From contig NIVC01001659.1 in the NCBI GenBank assembly GCA_002269645.1, positions 62,001-126,000 of the forward strand: a DNA stretch of 64,000 nucleotides, given 5' to 3'. Shown here piece by piece: positions 59,747 through 64,000 of the stretch. The notes below the pieces were generated by a model. It did no database searches. It was not told the DNA's origin and saw nothing but the letters and a program-made list of their open reading frames with translations. This DNA comes from Macrostomum lignano. Taxonomy: Eukaryota. The position numbers and the translations under genes were made by a program. Every line of letters starts with the position of its first letter. Position 1 is the first letter of the stretch.

Positions 59747-62700
59747 ATGGCAGAAAGCATCGACATGGAATCCAGACGGCAGGGGCAGCCAGAACTGCCG
59801 AGCTCCCAGCTAGGAATGATTCACCACGAGGCAATTGTCTCCTTTGCGGAGAGCACCTCAGCTCACGGATTTATGCACCTGACGCGGGGCTCTCGACTGA
59901 GTCGATTCGTATGGGGATTGGTGATTCTGGGCGCTGCTGCCGGGTTCTCCCTGCACTTCCATCAGCTCATCGAGCGGTACCTGAGCTACCCGGTGAGCAC
60001 GGAGTTCTCAAGCGAGGGGGCGGACTTCAAGTTTCCGACCGTGACCATCTGCCCGACCTACTTCATCATTTTTAAGGGTCCTTCGGTTCCGAGCAGCTAT
60101 GCCATCCCAGGTGAGCTCTCGAGTATTCCGAAACCCAGATGTCTCTGAATTGAGACATTCGTGAAGCATACCGATATGCCTTGGTTAGAAACTAAACAGG
60201 AGCTTTGGGATTTTCTCTGTGACGTAAGTCCTAAAGCAAAAAATAAAGTTACGGTTCAAAGTAAAATTTTCTGTAGAATGATGCAGCAATCAATCCGTTT
60301 ACTGCAAGCTGATCTCGGGTGATTTCGCATCCAACTGATGTGCAATATCGCTGAATTTGCGATGCAGGCCTCCGGAGGAACCTGAACAACATGATCTTCG
60401 ACATCCCGCTGCTGTTCTACCAGCTGAAGCTGGACAACTGGAACGTCTCCATGCCTGAGGAGAGTTTCGATGCCTACTTCGATGGCAAGCTGGGACTGCG
60501 GTCCATAGCTTACCGGGGAGTGAACTTCCAGCTTCCGCATGAGACCATCATCTACTGTCGGTACAACTCGGAGCCCTGCTCATTTGAGAACTTTACTGTT
60601 TACAAGGACGAAGACAGGTGACAGTCCTTGCTTTCATTCAATAACTTAATTGTACTCAATGATCAAGCATTTCAACCTTAGCAGCCAGACCCAAAGTGTG
60701 TCGGAAAGTGAGTAACAACTCTTAGACCCAGGCGGAGTTGCGGACATGCCGCAGCAGGGGCAGCTGCTGTGCACTCAAATTTAAATGCAATTATGCTGAT
60801 TTGGAATCTTGCTCCGTTTTATTTCAAAAACCCGACAGGTTCATGTGCATGTCATTCAATCCCACCAACCCGACCATCACAAACCCGGCAGGTTCATGTG
60901 CATGTCCTTCAATCCCACCAACCGGACCATCACAAACCCGGCAGGTTCATGTGCATGTCCTTCAATCCCACCAACCCGACCATCACAAACCCGGCAGGTT
61001 CATGTGCATGTCCTTCAATCCCACCAACCGGACCATCGCGCAATCTGGTGAAGGCAACGGGCTGTACCTGGTGCTCTACAACTACGCTTTCTCATTCTTG
61101 ACAAATGCGGAGTTGGTCGACAACACTCCCGGGTTTCGAGTGGCCCTGCATGAAAATGGTATGCTTTTTCACTATGAAATAAAATATTAGTGGTAATAAT
61201 TTTAATAATAATAAAACTAAAAATTAGAAATTAAAACTAAAAATAAAACTAAAAATACTGCATGGCCCCTAGCGCAACGCCTTTGGCGACTCTGTCCCAC
61301 CACCAGAGGTGAGGCAATTCCGCCCATTTGCTGACTCCAGCGCACATTAAATCGTGCGGACATTGTACGCAGACAAACGCGCTTAGATTAATATGCATGC
61401 GGCAATTGTTGGGCCGGTTGCAATACGGTGAACACCACAGCGCGGTGAACACCACAGCGCGGTGAACACCACAGCGCGGTGAACACCACAGCGCGGTGAA
61501 CACCACAGCGCGGTGAACACCACAGCGCGGTGAACACCACAGCGCGGTCGACATGCACACGAACGCACACGCACACTGTCCTAACAAGTCCTATCTTATC
61601 GAATATACGCTTTGAAGAAGCTCACTGCCTGCAGTGTCCCTACAGCACCGCCGAATGTTGATGCCCTGCACTACTGATCCAATTCACTAACTTCACACCA
61701 AGTCAGAAGACGAAACTCTAACACATAAACCGTTACAGCAGCACTTCCGAGGTATAGTGCTTCACTTGGATCCTCGGAGAATTTTATTTCTTTCTAAGAG
61801 GAGCGCAAATTAAAAAAACCAAGTGCCCTCCCGACAAAAATTTAAAGTTGAAAATAACTCTGATAAATTCTAACAAAGTAGCTCAATTTGGAACCATAAT
61901 TTACCCATCCTTTTTTCGCAGTCGAATGCTCTACTTTGGTGCCACACCACAACTATCTAATTTTGTCTCAGCACTTTTTGCTTCTATTTTTGAATATTAG
62001 ACTCACTGAAGTATGCTTTATACCCGAACACAGTATTTTAACTGTTATCCATTCGGGAAACGCAGTCATTTTTAGTGGCTAATAACTGCATTAGATCTGA
62101 GCCAGAACTTTTGACTTAGTAGATGTAGCAGAATATACATTTTCTACATGATGGTGCACACTAGACTGTAGACTGCGTGTTCTTTAGAACTTTGTATCGG
62201 GAGTTTAATTATCATATTGTCAATTTGTAGCAGATTTGTCACATGAACGGGAGATTCGTGCTGATAATTTCACCCAAAGGTTTCAAACCGGACATGAAGA
62301 CCGGCTTCAGCGTCCCCTACGGCTACAAGACCACGGCCCAGATGAGAGTGCAGTTGGAGACGAAAGTCAACCGGGAAGCCGCGCCGTGCAGCGATGAACT
62401 GCCAAACGCCACCTACATCGCAAACTTCTCGATGCCAGGTCACTTGGAGAACCAGACCTTCTTTGGCACCTACCAGGACTGTGTCATGAGGATCATGCAG
62501 GAGGAGTTTAGAGACACCTGCGGCTGCCTGGGATCTCATTTGGCGCTGCCCAGTGACCTCATGAAGCGCACCGAGGTGTGCCACCTGCTGCCTGAGGAGG
62601 TGAGGCCAATTTAATTCACTAACCAGCTCGCCAATTCGAATTGGGAAATAAAAATAAAAGAAACTTAAAAAGCTAGAAATCTTTTGGAGAGCTTCAGGTA

Positions 62701-64000
62701 AACAAAACGTCTTGCATGGTCACTAATTTATACATAGAATCATTAAACGATGAAGCTTATGCATCTGGGCTGAGAATGACAAGCTCAACAATGAAGACAA
62801 AGAATTTCTGTTTGACTTGCCATGATGCAGACAGGCGAATCATTTTTCCAATTCCAGGTGTTTTTTCTGGACATAAACCACCGGCAGAACAGGTTCAACA
62901 TGACGGAGTACACTATCATGAATCGGAGCTTGGCATACATCACCCTGTCTGAGTACCTGCAGCAGAACTGGGACGTGTACAAAGACGTTGCTCAGCGGGT
63001 CAAATGCTTCCATCGGGTTCTTCAACGCCAGAAGTCGCAGGGCGTGTGGGCCAAGCAGTGCCCGGTCCGCTGCAGCAACACCCGCAACAGTGTCACCACC
63101 CGCCTGGCCTCTTGGCCCCGGGACTCTTGGCTTGCGGAGGTGGCTCTGAAAGACTATGCGACAGAGCTGATCAGTACAGCTGCCGCCCGGAATCTGTCCA
63201 CCTATCGGCCGCAAACTCTTTACAAGCATGCGTCATTCATGATAAGAGAAAAGTTCATCAGCGTCCTCGATCTGCATCCAAAGTCTATCAAAGTCAGCGT
63301 CTTTAATGAGTCATTCGCCTACGAGCTGCGGAACTTGTTTTCCGATTTGGGCGGAATCCTTGGTGAGTTTCAAAGCTGTTGGTGATTCGCGGCTCTTACT
63401 TTAAGCCCAGAAACCGAAATTTTCTAGACTGCATTTGCCGCAACTTCAGGTCTCTGGGTTGGAGTGTCGACCATCACCCTGCTGGAAATGGTGGAGCTCC
63501 TGTTCCATCTCTGCTACCTGTCTGTACTGAAGCTGGGGCTGCTCAGTCTGGGAAAAAAGTCGGCTGGCGATCCCAATGCGCAGGCCACTCCGCACAGAGG
63601 AAACGATTTTCTAGCAGCGAATCCGCATGCGAGTTACCTAGCCTCCGCCTCGAATCAAAGCTTTGAGGACCCGCGAGTCCCCAGCTCAGCGTCCCCAGCT
63701 CTGCTGCAGTCGGCCTCGAACTCTCACTCTCCACCTGTGCCACCTACTGACGGGACTAGTAATGTGCCGTGTCCACCTGCGCCACCTACTGACGAGACTG
63801 GTAATGTGCCGTGTCCACCTGTGCCACCTACTGACGGGACTGGTAATGTGCCATGTCCACCTGTGCCGCCTACTGACGGGACTGGTAATGTGTCATGTCC
63901 ACCTGTGCCACCTACTGACGAGACTGGTAATGTGTCATGTCCACCTGTGCCACCTACTGACGAGACTGGTAATGTGCCGTGTCCACCTGTGCCACCTACT
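59747..64000 (+). CDS. DEG/ENaC channel, paralog 2. Exons approximately 59747-60110, 60368-60617, 60839 or 60998-61157, 62279-62599, 62860-63362, and 63450 to beyond the window
   Basis: TSAHG, YLSYPVSTEFSSEGADFKFPTVTICPT, YCRYNSEPC, GEGNGLYLVL and LFSDLGGILGLWVGVSTITLLE. Intron positions match paralog 1. Confidence 0.92.
60826..61037. repeat. 53-bp array of four splice acceptors plus exon start
   Basis: aaacccggcag|gttcatgtgcatgtccttcaatcccaccaacc recurs at a 53-bp period. Confidence 0.93.
61426..61548. repeat. 17-bp minisatellite (CGCGGTGAACACCACAG)n
   Basis: Direct reading. Confidence 0.92.
63728..64000 (+). repeat. 42-bp coding minisatellite (PPVPPTDGTGNVPC)n in the channel C-terminal tail
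   Basis: In frame with TM2, with no stop before the window end. Confidence 0.88.

Overview
Eukaryotic (animal) genomic DNA. It has GC-rich spliced exons and introns packed with minisatellites. The style resembles a repeat-rich flatworm such as Macrostomum, but that is an impression, not a lookup. Genes supported, in order: last exon of MTHFR (+); Kv-channel beta subunit KCNAB/Hyperkinetic-like (-); type II membrane GT32 (DXD) glycosyltransferase (-); a MyRIP/melanophilin-like Rab effector that also carries two Ig I-set domains (-); importin alpha (-); a ZDHHC9/14/18-like palmitoyltransferase (+); and two tandem DEG/ENaC channel paralogs (+). Mobile DNA includes a full-length LOA/Lian-type LINE (APE-RT-RNase H) with a 14-bp TSD in a DEG/ENaC intron, two decayed relatives of it, a mariner half-element, a MULE-like foldback, a Merlin-like MITE, a hAT relic and a tRNA-derived SINE family. 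The most notable observations are: (1) at least five tandem arrays whose unit is a copy of a functional splice junction, one of which could add 53 in-frame residues to a channel; (2) the Rab-binding + Ig + coiled-coil protein architecture; (3) an AT-rich island with a RIP-like mutation signature; (4) SINE copies that seed internal tandem expansions. Exon boundaries were read by eye and may be off by a few bases.
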